Source: Lingula anatina (lineage: Eukaryota > Animalia > Brachiopoda). Taken from it: DNA of 64,000 bases. Both the position numbers and the translations under genes were made by a program. Each line of letters opens with the position of its first letter. Within the stretch, counting starts at the first letter, position 1. Below the pieces are notes generated by a model. That model was not told where the DNA came from. It saw only the letters and a program-made list of their open reading frames with translations, and did no database searches. Positions 25,421-40,700 of this stretch are shown here, one piece after another. The stretch lies in contig CM120640.1 in assembly GCA_051362555.1 (NCBI GenBank), forward strand, positions 43,378,788 through 43,442,787. Direction: 5' to 3'.

Positions 25421-28400
25421 TTTTGTGCACTTTTTGTCCCCAGCAGTCAGTTTCATATTCTAGAACAGACAACATATAAGGTGCTCATCGGTTTGCATAA
25501 AGATATGTCTGGTACTGTCGCCAGCTCTTTGTTATAGTCAATACTGTCTGTTATGAAAATTATAACACCTTGAAGGTATTCTTAAATAAGCATGGGTTAG
25601 GTCTTTCTGTGTTAGTTATGCAATATGTTGGGAAAGTCTTCCCTGTCTGATTTAGACTGAATATATGAAGGAAGTCAGCATTGGATGTACGGGCATTGTC
25701 AAGAGGCATGTGGCGTGTCCTTTATAGCAACACGGTTGTTATGTTGTGGAAATGTTCTTTATGTTGTTTGGGGGGAAAAGTTTTTCATAGCCCAGCTTAT
25801 CTTGTGGCTTAAAGAGATAACAACTGTTCATTTTGGCCAAAAAATTAATTTTCCTGGGGTAAAAAACAATTTTCCCATACTTACCAATAGTTAATGAATT
25901 CATTTCTACATTCAAAGTTAGTTCCTGGTTTTTTTCTAAAAAGGATGCTTTTTAGTAATAATCTCTTAAGAGATTATATTACAGAGTATAGCCGTGTATA
26001 GAGGTCACATGATCCGATGACAAGCACAAATGTCAGAATAATTGCTTTGACTGCCCTCTTTGTGGTAAAATAAAATATGTTATATTTCTATGAGTTGTTT
26101 ACAATGTTTTTATTGTGAAATATAGATCTCATACGAAGAGTTCTTATCCCTTTATATTCATTGACCATTTACTGTATACAAGTTAATGATTCCTTCTAGA
26201 CCTACCTGTGAAACAAATTTGTTTTCCAAATTGTATATATTAAGATATATTTGATTTTTAATTTTTGTTTGTTTGTTTGTTTGCTTGTTTGTTTTTCTAT
26301 ATTTGTGTGTGAAATATAATTCCTATATTTATGTTATTTAAACCTATGATTGTTATGTTCATCAATCTTCTATCAGTATAGCTGATACTGGTAGCTAGCA
26401 GTCTGAAGCAGAATAAATCATGCATTCAGATATTATTCTATCTGTGATATAGATAAGGCCATGAGTAAATTGATTCCAAGCATAGAATGCGGGTAGATAG
26501 TACGTAGGATTATTTTAATTTGGTTTTTCAAGAACAAGTTCTACTTCAGAAAGTTTGGTATGTACAGTACTAGAACATGTGGCTGTGGTGCACCATAGGC
26601 CAAATGATATTTGCTAGTTTTATTGATGTGCACTGCCTCTCTACCTGATACTGACAGGAAGAAGGAATAGTATGTATTTATTATCATTGGATTGAGTTAC
26701 CTAGAACAACTGTTGTAAGTGGAAAACAGCAATTTGCTAATTGCTTTTACAGTAATTAGATATTCCAAGTGTTTTTATTTCTAGGAAGCATGGTCAATGG
26801 AAAAATGTTATTCTAGATTTTTTATCAATATTTCAATTATCTTCAGACATTCTGCTGGAATGCTATAAATGAGTTGATTTTATGCATTAATTTTTTATTC
26901 AGAAATATGAGGTCTGACATGTTATCAGAGTAATTTTAGAAAGGAAAGTCTGATAGTTGTCAATTTCCAGCTTGAAAACTTCAAGAGTATTTTAAGTCTT
27001 TGTTGATTTGGAACTTTGTAGCAATGCAACTGTGGCAAAATATTTCTGTATATCAATATTTACTGTCCCTGTTTATATATTCGAGTCAGTGAAATTTGTC
27101 TAGCAACATTATATCAATGCAGGTGGAACCAACCATAAAATGTGGGATTTGATTGAGTTTAGTGCATATCCAGCCTATGCATCATGCAGTATATATGTAT
27201 GTATGTAATGTGAAGGACTAGATCTCAGTAGATGTGGGTGAGAGCATTTTCATCAATTTTATATGCTATATTATATGTTAGCACTAGTTATGCTTATTTC
27301 AGTTGGTATATAGTGTAATATGTGCTGCTTAGAAATGACAAGTATGCTTTAACATTTCAATCAACAAATTTAATTTGGTATATATTTTTCAACTTTTTCA
27401 CTACACCTGCATGGCCTGGACTTGTACTGGAACTTGACTGGAGCTTCCTGCAGGGCCTAAGAATGAGCACAGTCAGTGTGATTAAGATCTTATTTTTAAC
27501 TTGGATAATTTACATCCTCAAATTAAGTTGTCGGCTCACCCAGGTAGCTGATAAGATTGTCTGGACATACCTGTTTCACTGATTCCATGTGCTACTTCAA
27601 GAGTGTTTTGTGGGAAATTACTAGAGATTGGGGGTTTGTTGAATGAAGTCTTACATAAGGAGGTACATGTACATGGTGGATGTTTAAGTACTAGTAAGTG
27701 ATTAGAAACAAAGGAAAGTACATTTTTTGAGGGATATTGCTGATCAAACAGTTAACAGATTCTTTTTCAAAGTTTGTTTCATATATTTGTGAAAGGTAAT
27801 TTCTTATCTGAACTGGCTGATGCATAAGCATGTATATTTCAGGTAAAATGTATGACATATTAATGGAAGGCTAAGATTTTAAAGTGGATAGCACTGCTGT
27901 CACATTGACTGTTTTGCTGTCTTCTTTAAATGATGCTTTTATGAGGCAGGTACGAAGCAGAACTTTTGTTGTTTAACTATTTTGCAAATCAGAAAAAGAG
28001 ACATCACTTTAATACTATTTAGTTTACTTAAACAGTTGCTTGATAGTTTTTATTATTGGGTTAGGTTCGTTAAGTCATATAAAATATATTCAAGTGTAAC
28101 CTGATAAGATTTAGTTTGCAGCAGGTTCAAATGTAAGGAAGATAATCCAGCAGTTCAGGTAATGGTAAGGTACACTGTAGATTGGACTGACTGATACACA
28201 TCAGGTATTGATATATCATGTTTTTTTATGAGAACAAATTTGGCATGACAGGTAAAGTGCACATCATACTGTTTTGTATATACATTATAAAATTATTGAA
28301 TAGATGAGGAGTTTGAAAGAAACCCTCATTTTCTGTATTTGAACATATGAGAAATATGATTTTTATGTGGTAAGTATCTGAATATTTCTGTAAATAATGC

Positions 28401-28958
28401 TTCATTGCTACCATATGGCACTTGACTTGTTAAGCATGATAAATCACACTTAGATAAATAAATGGTCCCAAGGAATGCTCATGCTTGGACATAACATAGA
28501 TATTAAAATATACTCTGTAGATCAAACAATATACAATTAAGCGCTGGTTTTCTCACATACAACAGGGAGATGTATAATGTTGCCAGCTGTGAAACAATAC
28601 AAATTATCTGGTACCACCATGATTTTACCTGAGATATTATGCTTCATAGATTGCCCAATGCATCACAGTGGCATTTATGCTCTGTAGTTATTAGAACACA
28701 CCTTTGACTACATTATTAAAGTATTTATATCAATAACTGAAGTAATTTCTACTTTTCATTCAGGCAGAACTTTTGCTTCCATGTGCAATAAGCAACTTAG
28801 AATGAGGAAGGCAGTTGACTTTGATCTATGGAGAATCCTCAGTTCAACTGGAATATGGGCATAGCACCCTGTTATTAAAAATGAAGCATGGAGAAATGAT
28901 AACAACATAAATAAAAATCTTGCCTGCCAAAACTGTGACTCACAATAATATGTGAATA

Positions 28959-31900
28959 ATGGCTACTACTACCAACGCACAAGAGGAGTTAGATGCTGTT
29001 AGTTCTCCTCCATCAGCCGGGGACATTCATGTCATCATGGCAGAAAAGGCACACGAGTTATTTGCTATTTGCGATAAAGAAGAAAAAGGATTTATTACTA
29101 AAAGAGACATGCAGAGGCTTCAGTCTGAACTTCCTCTCTCACCAGATCAACTGGAAGCAGTTTTTGACTCGCTAGATCAGGATGGAAATGGATTCCTGAC
29201 CTTGGATGAGTTCACAGAAGGCTTTGGTAAGTGACCCATGACTGCAAAATTGATTAATTATTTTTCTTTTAAAGTTAGGTTATGTTATCAGTTTAGGTTA
29301 TTTATAGTTACATTTCATAACCAATTCTCTATGGCATATATATTAAAAGATTCAGTTTTGTGAGGAGAATATATGTGAGGATGTCAAACACCCTATTCAT
29401 CTTTTCTTTTTGAAATTATTTGTCATTTCAAGTGTGCTCTGATTTGCATAACAAGCCATAATAACATATTGCATCTGACTTTTTTGTCAGTGCATTATCA
29501 ATTGAAATAAGGTCTACTTTGCATGAGTAGTGCACCATATCAGTTGTGGCGAGACTGGATTTCGCGACGAGAATATATGATAACCTTTAATAGCAGGAGG
29601 TAATGACTTTAGCCACTGTATGCTGGTGGATTTCACTGGATTTCACTGTAAATATCAAACCGTCTGCTGCATTTTGAGAATTTTTGTGTTAAATGTTACT
29701 GTGTCAACTCCATAATAGATTGACAGATGTTTGATGACAACTGTGTCATAATTATTTCCTTGGCTGCAGCTGTTTTTATAGAAAGTTTCTCTTATTTCTA
29801 AGAAGATCCTCAAAGGAAATGGGAGAGGAGAGGGGTAGGTGGCTTCCATAAGCATGACACACTAGGCACAATTTGACTTAATGTTTTCTATTATGTTTCG
29901 TGTCCTTCCTATTCATAGTTTTAATTTTCCTTGTATAGTAAGTACTAGTATGTGCATGTCAAAATTGCAAGTTTTTATCATGTAATTATGTGCATTTGAA
30001 GAAGTTTTCAATGTACTCTTTTTCATATCTTTTGTGTGTTTTGTTGTTTGAGAGAAATGTGCATTTCTTTGTTAAATGACATTCACACATTCCTTCAGAA
30101 GGTTTAAGCATTAGTATGCATGGCTTCAGACAGGCTGACACAGATCACTCACTGTTGCATGTAAACCCCTTTTTAAAGATTACCATTGAATAATGATATA
30201 AAATGTCCAAGTAGATTTAATATATGATTGAAGTATTTCAATATACCCTCACGGCAAAAAATGTTTTATTGTTTTTATCTATTTGTATGGGACAAGGATA
30301 AACATTATGGCTGAGTGTATTTTCCATGAATTTCTTATTACAGCTATATGGTCAAGATTTCCAACTTTAAATATCAATTCATCAAAAATTTAACAGCACT
30401 ACAGACCTCTCTGCTGCACTTAAATTCATTACACTGTTTGTAAATTTATGCTCATCTGAAGACTGAAGACTGCTCATTTGAAGACTAGCTGTTCCTCTTC
30501 CTCATAAGGGTTTTACTCTGAGGCGTAGGTGCTGTCATGTGACTGGATCATGTTATGACAGGGTTGGTGGGGGGGGGGGGATTACCCTTAACTGGGTTTA
30601 GGATGCTGACGTCATTGTGATCGGGTAGCTCCTGTTCACTCTTTTTGGTATTTACTCCAACACCTGCATAGAAATTCACCTGTATGTTGACATGAATCAA
30701 ATGACTCATCCTGTCACCTGTCCCAGCAATAGAGGCTAGGTGAACATCCTCTGTGATGTAATAGATAGAGAAAATTAATAAATCAGGTGATGACAGGAAA
30801 CAAATGCAGTTTAAGGGACATGTTAGTACTTACTAAGTGTTTTACCACTAGAGATGACCAAGTTATTTCAGGTGACCATCATACTAACAATTAAGATACA
30901 ACATTTCACACATGGGATGAAATTTGATTGTGAAGTACTCTCTAAAAGATACGTAGGTTTTGAATGTATTTTATTTACTTTTCCCCCAATGTCCAAGGTG
31001 CACTTTACCTCTTCTTTAAAATTTGTATCAAAAAATTTCTAGATAAGTTTTGATTTCTGTTTATGCTGAAAATAGTTAGTTGGCATCTTTTTTTCACCAT
31101 AAGTTCCTTCGTAATTTTAAATTAAAATTTTTTTTCATTAAACTAATGCAGTCCAAATTATGTAAGTATGGGTTCATTTTCTTCTATAAAAAATATTATG
31201 CTTGTAACTTGATAAAAGATGTCTCCTCTTATTTTTTGTCTTGTTTTGTAAGGGTGATTCATTAAATGGTAACCTTTTTGGTCATGTAAATATACATTAT
31301 TGTCACTTTACTGTAAGCTATTGCAATAGGGAATGCAGTTGTTAAAATTTTTTCAAACTTCATTCATGCATATGTAGACAGATATATTTAATTTACAATA
31401 CACTTTATAAGAAACATGTATCAGCTATCTCTACAGATTAAAGGCACACGCCATGAAATTTACCTGCTGAGATGGATTTGCTTGGGAAAATGAGCAATTT
31501 TCTTGTACTTATGAATTATTTATCTATCCCTCTCTGCACTTGTGTTCAACCTTTGATAAAATTTATAAAGGTTGATTTTAGCTTAAAATGACTGGCCAGT
31601 TATTATAACAGTCACCACTTTCCTATAAGCATCAATGGATATTTACCAACATCAGGTATGCTTCCACCCCCCCCTCCCCCCCCAAAAAAAATACTTAAGG
31701 GGTTAAATCGTTTTAAGGTGTTGAAACTCCTTGCTATAACTTTCACATGTAATTACCTTTCACCCAACTTCCTGTTCCATGCTATCAGAGTAGTCATTTG
31801 TGATACATGGTGTACCTTATCTATATTACTTCTTATCATTATGAATTACAACTGTGTCACATATGGTTGCAGCCCATGCAAATGACTGCAAACAGTGACT

Positions 31901-34900
31901 GAAGTGTTCTGCATTTTACAATATTTACATCTGCTACTGGTTACACTATTATAAAAGTCCATTTAATATGTGATATCAGACAAAATAACTACTTGCCAAT
32001 ATTAATAATCTTTATGTTGCAAACTTCCCTCAAGTTTTCATGCATGTAATGATATATTTAACAGGTAGATTATCTGTTGTATTTAATTAAAAGTAGAAGT
32101 CTGTAAATGCATATTGTTTCCCAACTAAATTAACTCTTACCAGCATCATTAGCCTGTGTTAAAGAAATGACTCACAATTTTATGGTTTACAGTAGAATTA
32201 ACACCTCTGCAAGTCCATACTCATACCTTATGCAATTCTCTTGCTGAATTGTGTTTGTCCGTCTTCTGATTCCTTTTGTGAAATTTTCAGCCTGTGATGT
32301 ATTTTTAGCAAGCTCAAATGAAGACATGGTATCTGAAATAATGAAATTTTATTTTGTTTATTGTAAAATTTCTTCATTAAAAACAAGTTGTGTTTAGAAT
32401 GTTTTTGCACATTTTTTTCTTTTCTTCAATATTTGTTTATTGATTTTTATGTGTATGTGTGTGTGAGAGAGAGAGATAAGAATTCTTTTTCTGAAAAAGC
32501 AGGAAGCGGTCTGTGGTTGCAGTCAAGGGCCTGCTATCCAACTCTGTGTTATGTGAGCTCCATTGTTTAGTAAGAAAACAGTCCTCATAAGTCATAACAT
32601 ATTGAAATTTCACTATAACATATACTATTTAATCACATACAGGTAGTTTCCTGGGTTTAGCCACCTCCATGCAACCAGAGAGTAATAGTGGGGAAGCAGT
32701 ATATGGGGACGACCTTGTTGACCCTAATGAGGAGACTGAACTTTTTCTGGACATGATGAAGAATGTGGGTGCCTATGACATGTTTGAAGAGTAAGTCTTA
32801 TTGAGTTACTTTCTTTGATGACTGTATTAAGTCAATGTTCAGTGAGGACCATGCTGTTGTGCTTGGATGTGTCACAACACAATCGTGTTGTCATGTCTCA
32901 ACTACTGCACTTTTACTGTGAATTGAACATTATGCTTCACAGAAAAGAAAAATGATTTTTGTTGTTGTGCTTTTACAATACATTACACATAACAGTCTTG
33001 TCATGAATTACATCTCAAATTAGATGTCTTTTATGGCATTACAATGTGCTGAATTGTTAATGTTTTCAATCAAAAGTTGGTAGTTACCTCAAGTGAAGTT
33101 TTTTTTTTTTTTTTTTTAATTTTAAACTTTCTTGTGTTAAGGTTTATTTTGCTGCAGCAGTTTCTAGCATTTATTGATTTTTCAGCCAAACAACTATCAA
33201 AAACATGTGGTGTAGATTGCGTAAAGATGAGCCAGAAGTACTGTCTTCCTTTGAACAATTCCTTTCCAAAGTGTCAGGTGAAATAAAAAGATCTCAAGCA
33301 GATTTTGACACCCTTGAATCAGCATTGAAAAGGTATGTAGGCTCTTTTTTCCTTATATGATTTAGAATAGTGTAAATATTCTTTGGCAGCTGATATGATA
33401 TTTAAAAGCAAGTTCAGAAAGTTCATACAATGATTTACCCATCAGGGAATTGATGTCATCACTTGGAAATTGAACTGACTGAAAATTTTAATTATCATCT
33501 CTGAAAAAGGTCATGTCAATATTTTCCCTATCAGTTGAATATGATGATAACATCATTGACAGATTGCAAATATTTTATAACAGCCATGGCATATAAAGCA
33601 AGTTATGACTGGCATGTACAAAAAACTAAAGCTGCTGCAGATACATGTTGGCTTTTTGTTAGACATCAGTTCTCTTTGCCAGAGAAATTGATGCCCTATT
33701 TCTATAAGAGATATGAGATACAAATGCTGTAGTTTACATCAGAAGTTAAATGAAACTTATTATGTCTAGGGGTAAAATTTTAACACCATTTTATATGCTG
33801 CTTTTCTTGTCACTATATAATTTTTATTTATCAATAAACCAATGATTAAATCCCTTAAATCTTTCCATAAGTATTGAAGTGCATATTCATATATATAATA
33901 CTTGACTTCTTTAGAATGAAAGTCAAAAAGAGGCCATGACTTTTTTGTTGAATGTTTCATGTCTTCATCATATTCTTGCTCCTGGGTTTTTCTAAGAACC
34001 GTTTTCTTCTATGGTGGCATGTGTCTTCAAGCTGAACAAAGTATGTTGAGTATTAAGCATTTGGCTTTTCTCTTAAATGCCCCTTTAAAAGCTCAAATAC
34101 CCAGAGGCATTGTAACCATAGTATGTTTAGTGACACATACAAAATCAATATTCCTCAGAGTCTGGAATGAAGTTCTCCAATGATTACTCTTTACTTGCAA
34201 ACCGTCTTGATCCAGTTGATTTATTTTCACTTGGTGCTCAGTGTGGATGACTGATGAGCTAAAATGCCTTTGTTTTTGAGTTCTTTATTGATTTTGTCAA
34301 CTTTTTTTAATTGAGAGGCTAGATGATTCATCATTCCTAAAAGTTGTTCATCACCGTTATTAACAATATTATGGTGAATTCCATGAATTATATGCCACAC
34401 ACTTTGTTCCTGAGGTCATATGATGATAAATCATTCTCATTTCACATTCATCTGATGTCAGTGAATAATGAAATAGATATCATCTACGCAAATTAAAGTA
34501 TTGTATGGACCTTGACTGCATCAATTTGAAAGTGATAAGTGATTGCAACAGTGAGTTGACAGTATAACTGCATCCATGAATAAAGATGAGAAATCTGGCA
34601 AAAAATACACATATGCATATTTGTGATATTGATTTTTTTAAAAACAGAATTGTAAACTATACTCAACATTGTTGGTGGTCCAGTTGGACGGATGAATTTA
34701 GGATCGAAATGATTATGCTATGTCCTCACACGCACGATCTGTGTGCATTCATTTACTCCCTTATACCTTGTTACCTCTTATCTACTCATTGATATTGACT
34801 TTCCAATTGATGCATGCTGAAATAAGTGTCATCTGCTGCTTTTCAGCAAAAGCTCTGCGCATGATCAAGAAGTCAGAAAACTATATGAGGAGATGGAGCA

Positions 34901-37765
34901 CCAGATTAAGCAAGAGAAAGAGCGGATACTGTCTGAGGTACACACCGGATATTTAATTATTTCATTGCATTAGGAGTGTGGAAATTAGCCTCACATCTGC
35001 TAAATTTACAGCAGGGAAATTGACTTTGGCTTCCTTCATCACTGATAATTGCCCAATTTCTTGTCTCACGCTGTCATCTGTTGTCTGTTATAATTGATAT
35101 ATTTGGTGGTGGAAGGAACAATGTTGCACAAAAACATTGTTTGTGAGGAGAACCTGCATGCTCTTGACGATGAATTGAGGAGACTCATTTTTGCAAGGGT
35201 GGTTTACCATTGTGTTTGGCTGGAAAGGGTAAGAGTACATATTGTATTTTTATATGTGATTGAGTTAGATTTCACTCTTACATACTTATATGTTATTGAC
35301 CAATTTTATCAGCACATATATTTTGAAAGAAGGCATGCTGTTATTGTAGGGTATATTTACACATAATTGTACTTACACATAATTGATATATGTTCTGGTT
35401 TAGTATTTCAAATGCCTTTAAATGTTACAGTACATATTTGAGTGATTAACTTCTGTTTGAAAAAGGAAAAATGTCATTCTTACTTCGCTCTTTGTACGTT
35501 ATGAGTCTTTCAAAATATTAGAATTCCTTAGAAATTTTGTATAAAGAAAAATATTCAAATTTATCCATGAAATGGGGAGTGTTAATCTTGCAAAAGAACT
35601 GAAGATGTAATGATATGAATTGAAATGAATAAAAAGAAGTGATAACTGTTCATACATTCCTGCAAAACAATCTTTACTTGGAAAATCCTTACTAAAGACA
35701 TTCATTTTGACTAAGAAAATCTATTTTGATCAGATTACCAAGTCTGATTATGAGGCATAGAAAGCTTGTTAAGCAATGCCATTGTTGTCAGACACTCCTT
35801 AGTTTGACCTTGGATGTGGCTAAAAAGAGTCAAAGCTGCATCTTATCCAAGATATATATCCATATTTTATCAAAGGGGGATCTACCATGTCTGCTTTAGC
35901 TAAGTGAAGCCCAGCATTCCTTCAGGGTGAATGTAACAGATACAATAATGCAATAGTAAGAATACATTAGAGACTTGCTGCCATCTTGTGTTACAGTGAT
36001 GAACTGGTTATATTCTGGGTTTCATTTAGTTAGCTTAATGGAAACAGTCCATTTTGGGAGGGAGGAGGATATAGCTTAAGTGCTAGCATAAATAAAGAGA
36101 TGAGCAGAGGATAGTGGTCAGTGGGTCCTTTTTTATGAACTGGGTAGGTTGTGGAGATTCTGGTATTTTCTTCAGTTGTTTTATAAGGTTTGTGGTCATT
36201 TAAGTGTCAGTATTTTTATGACAATATTGGGTGATATGGAGAGATACATATATTTACATGTCCTGCTATGTGTATTTTTTTTTATGTTGCACGTTCTTGA
36301 TAGCATTACTCATTAAACTTAAATTACTATTATTCAGGTAGCTTTTTCAGTATGAACTGCAATTGCTTTGGTCTATGATTTATCTCTGTCAGTAAATCTT
36401 TATTATTCCTCATGGTGCAATAAGTATGATCAAAGTACATTTGGAGTGTCATTAACTAAGTAATTGACTCTTATTTTGACTCATTCATGATTGATTGAAA
36501 AATATGATTTCCATTTAATAGTTAACAGTTGTATTTTGTTAAGATAACATTGTTCTTTATGGTATATGAACAGAGTGCAATTACTCTGGGTTTGTTAATA
36601 AGACCATTGTTGGAATGGTATTATGAATTATTTATTTGGCTCTAGGCTTGTTTTATAATACATTAAGAGTAAATATTGTTTGCTTGGTTTTAGTACCTCT
36701 TATCGATATACAAACTCACACATTGTATATATATTTTTGTCTACAATTTTTGCCTTAATTGTTGTTGGTTTGGTTTACAATTTAGTTTTTTACCTAACAC
36801 AAACAAAGCAGAAAAAAATGCTGGAGTAACCCATCTAGATCTAGAATAGAGTGCAATCAGCATGAATACAAAAAATATATTAAAAAGGTGAACTGTGTGA
36901 AAATCAGAGCAGTTGTACATGTGTTTTCTGCCAACTGTATTTCTTATCTCTGTATTCCATTCCCTAATGATTCTAGATCTATATTTTCTTCAACTATTTT
37001 TTTTACAGGAAAAAGCAAAAGAGAAGCAGCTTCGTGAGGAAATGGAAAGAGAGATGAAGGAAAAGGACAGACAATTGCAAGAGCTCCTTACACGGCATGC
37101 TGAGGTACATGTAGTTACTTGTGATGTAACTATTTTTCAAACACAGCCTAGTTCATGACTACTACACATTTTGTCTAACTTGGGTGAAAAACGTTTTAAA
37201 GTGGTTTATGCAGACAGTATGTGATGAAGTCTAATGACTGTATTTGTCTGTCAAATTGCCCCCTGTTCCTTGTTCTATTAAATTAACTCTTCAAAATGGG
37301 GCAGTGATAATGAATTTACATTGTTCAGTATGCACTTCAAATTTCAAGTTTTGTTCTCATAACAATAACTGTCTTTTTTCTTATCTCAGGCAAATGTGTC
37401 TGTAAATGTGTTAAATATGGTAATAAGATAAGGTTATTTGTCCCTGAGATAGTCATCTGACGTCATGCACTGTTGCTTCCTTCAGATGGAACAGAGGCTG
37501 GCAGAATTAAATTTTTCTGAAGTCGAGACCAAGCAAGAGAATGAGAAATTACTAAAGGTAAAACTGATTAACATATCAAATGAGATCTGTACTGTACTGT
37601 ACTGTCTTTAGGAAAGTGGCATATTGCTGTATGTTTGACTGTTAGCATGTAGTCATATTGACAGTGCACATGAAAAATGATATGTTTGAGTTTGAAAGAT
37701 GTTGAGCCTGAAAAAGTTGCAACTGTGGAGGTGAGTGGAATACAATTTTGCACATAATGAATTTG

Positions 37766-37796
<31 letters not shown>

Positions 37797-40700
37797 GAAG
37801 CTAGGACTACTAATTTTGTTTGATGCAGAAATTGCTGCACGTGTTTTAATTTTGTTTCACCATAAGACTCTTGAGTTAAACATATTTCCTTGAGCTTAGC
37901 TTGGCTAAGCTTTTTTTTTTTTTCATGACTCAGATTTTTCATTTTTTATAAGCTTAGCTGTATCAGTCAGAACAGATTGTTTTAATTGAAAAAATATGGT
38001 AAGATCAAAATCATGCCCTTAATTATCATAGAATTTTGTGAAAACAATTTTTTTGGAAAAAACTATTTTATCTTTTCTTTAAACATTACATCAGTTTTTT
38101 GACACATCCTTTTCTCTCTAGGAGAGAGAAATGTTGCAAGAAATGTTAGATAACTCCCAACGTTCCCTGGAAGAGTCAAAAACATACATAGGACAGCTGA
38201 GACAACAGACAAAACAAGAGAGGAGGGAGAGGGCAATGTAAGTAGACTAATATTGTAAAAGATCTGAAGATTAGATATGGTAGAATGCTACGGTGTCATT
38301 CCCCATTCTCATTGTAAGTGTATTTTTCTCCATGTATTACGGATATGCCTCAATGCCATCTTACAGTAATAAGAATTGTTTGTATTGTTAGACTGTGTTA
38401 ATTACATGTACCACAACAGGCCCGTAGCCAGCAATTTCAAAAGGGGGGTTCTTTTTCTGAAAAAGTGGACCTTTTCCCATAAAAACTTCATGCACCTTGT
38501 TCAAATTTTACCCAGAGTGGACCTTTTCCCAGCAAAAGGGGCGGTTCTTTCGAACCCCCCCCCCCCCCCCCCCCCCCCCGGCTATGGGCCTGCACAAGAA
38601 AGATATTAACTGTAAACCCACAGTTTGATCACCTGGCCCACAAAGGAATGTCTGTTTGAGAAACTTCAAGGGTAGTTTTCATATTGAATTTAAGCATACC
38701 AGAGTAATGCAGGTACAGTTGCTTTGTGAAACTAGAAATTATGTCACAGCTGTCAGAGAGTAATATATATGTTCATTGTTTATGGTAGGCTTGGTGTGGA
38801 CTTGGATAGCACTGTAGGGATATATAATATAGAATACCTGACAGCAGTGTGCGTGTCTCTCTCACATCACAAAGATTGTGAAGATAAAAATGGACACCCT
38901 AGACTAGATGGCATAAAGCTCAAACATGTGGACTGCATAATGATGGTTTAAAATTCTTTTGATTTATTTTTGCACTGTTGCATCCATTAGAATGAATTTT
39001 GCATTATAATGAGACTGGTACCCTGAGACGCAGCTTAATCAAATGGAAAATTTAAAAACTTGAGGTGCCTTTACCTGTTAGCTACTACATATCTTAAAAT
39101 CTACATTACTGTGTTTGTGGTATGTACCTGGTATGCTGTATATGGACATGCTGCATGCATCTGTGCATACTGCTATATGCTTGTTAGTACAGCAAACATT
39201 CTGATTATAAAGCAAATTAAGATAAACCATTTCTAATGTAGTTTAATGCTCTTTTAATGCTTAATTAGTTGTGAGGAAAATATATGTTATTGTCTGTATT
39301 ATTTTCTCACATATACCAGTCCTGTGGTTTCCGTTCCAGTCTCTTGTAAATAAACTTAAAATTTTGGTTAATGATGAATAGGTTCAGATAACTTGTCTGG
39401 TAGTTTCATCTTCAAAAACTGCACTTATTATCAAGATTTGAGATAGACATGACAAAAATGCATAATAATAAAGGCAAATGTCTTAGAGATGTCCAAGTTC
39501 CTGATCAATAAGGGTAGTTTATCCTTTATATTTATTCATAAGTCTTTTTTATGTATTCTGGTGGGAGATCATTCAACTGATCTCTACCCTTCTTTTTTGC
39601 ACATGTCATGAAAATTCATAGCTCAGTATTTTCTGCTTAAGAAGGATTTTATTCATATGCCTCGATTATATAATTAGTGCTAACAAATTGCTAGAATTAT
39701 TGAGATAAGATATTATGAAAAAATGATTAGTAAGACCATTAGTATCTATCATGCCATGAAAGCACTTCCCACCATAGAATTGCTGTAATTCTTTTAGATA
39801 AATGTTAATTTTAGTGCTATGGTTAAATATTGGTATATTCCTGTCATAAAATGAGGAAAAGAAAAAAAGTCGCTGTTCAGGGTTCAAACAAGCCACATCA
39901 GTATATTATTGGGGATAAAGATAATTGGAATATGTGCATGTACTTAATGTGTATGTGTTAACAAAAATAATTTGTCATTTCAGTCTAATGTACAGATATA
40001 CAACTGAATTAATCAAGAATTGATATGAAAGTTTTCATCTTCAGTTCAACTGATCTAACAAGTTACAACTTTTATGGAACATGCACCAAACACATTCATT
40101 CCAATATTGGTTGATGATTTGGTCACATGATGATTTGTAAAATGTTCTAGATTTTACCTTTCATTAAAGAAGTGGCATACAGTTGTTAAAAAAACATAAC
40201 TGTCAGAAAATTTGTTTCATATGGTCATTAGCTTCTATCTGGGCATAGCCAAAGTGCAGGCATTTTGTTAAATACATGGGGGAACTGCACGTAAATGAAG
40301 TGTTTTTGTTCTGTAGGTTAAGATAACAGCTCTGTCTGTGTTGATTACTGAACAGTCATGGTTAATTCAACTCTCGGGACATTGTCGGCCATGGTGAAGA
40401 CACGTGAAGATAACGTGCCAGCTCTCACTTAATGGATAGTTTTCCTTATTTGCTATATAAATAAAAATTATTTCAATACCCTTTCTGTTATTTACATGGT
40501 TGCTTCCGTTCATTATGTATCTTTCTCTCAAATACAAAGGAATTTACTTAACAATCATCCTGCTCTCTTGTTGAATCCCATGTTGTGTTTCATCAAGCAA
40601 ATATAAAAATATCAAAGACTGATGTTTCTGTTATTCCTTTCAATAAAATTTTCAATATTTGTCCTTCAGTTAGCAAAAATGCTGTGTTATTGCTTCCCTT

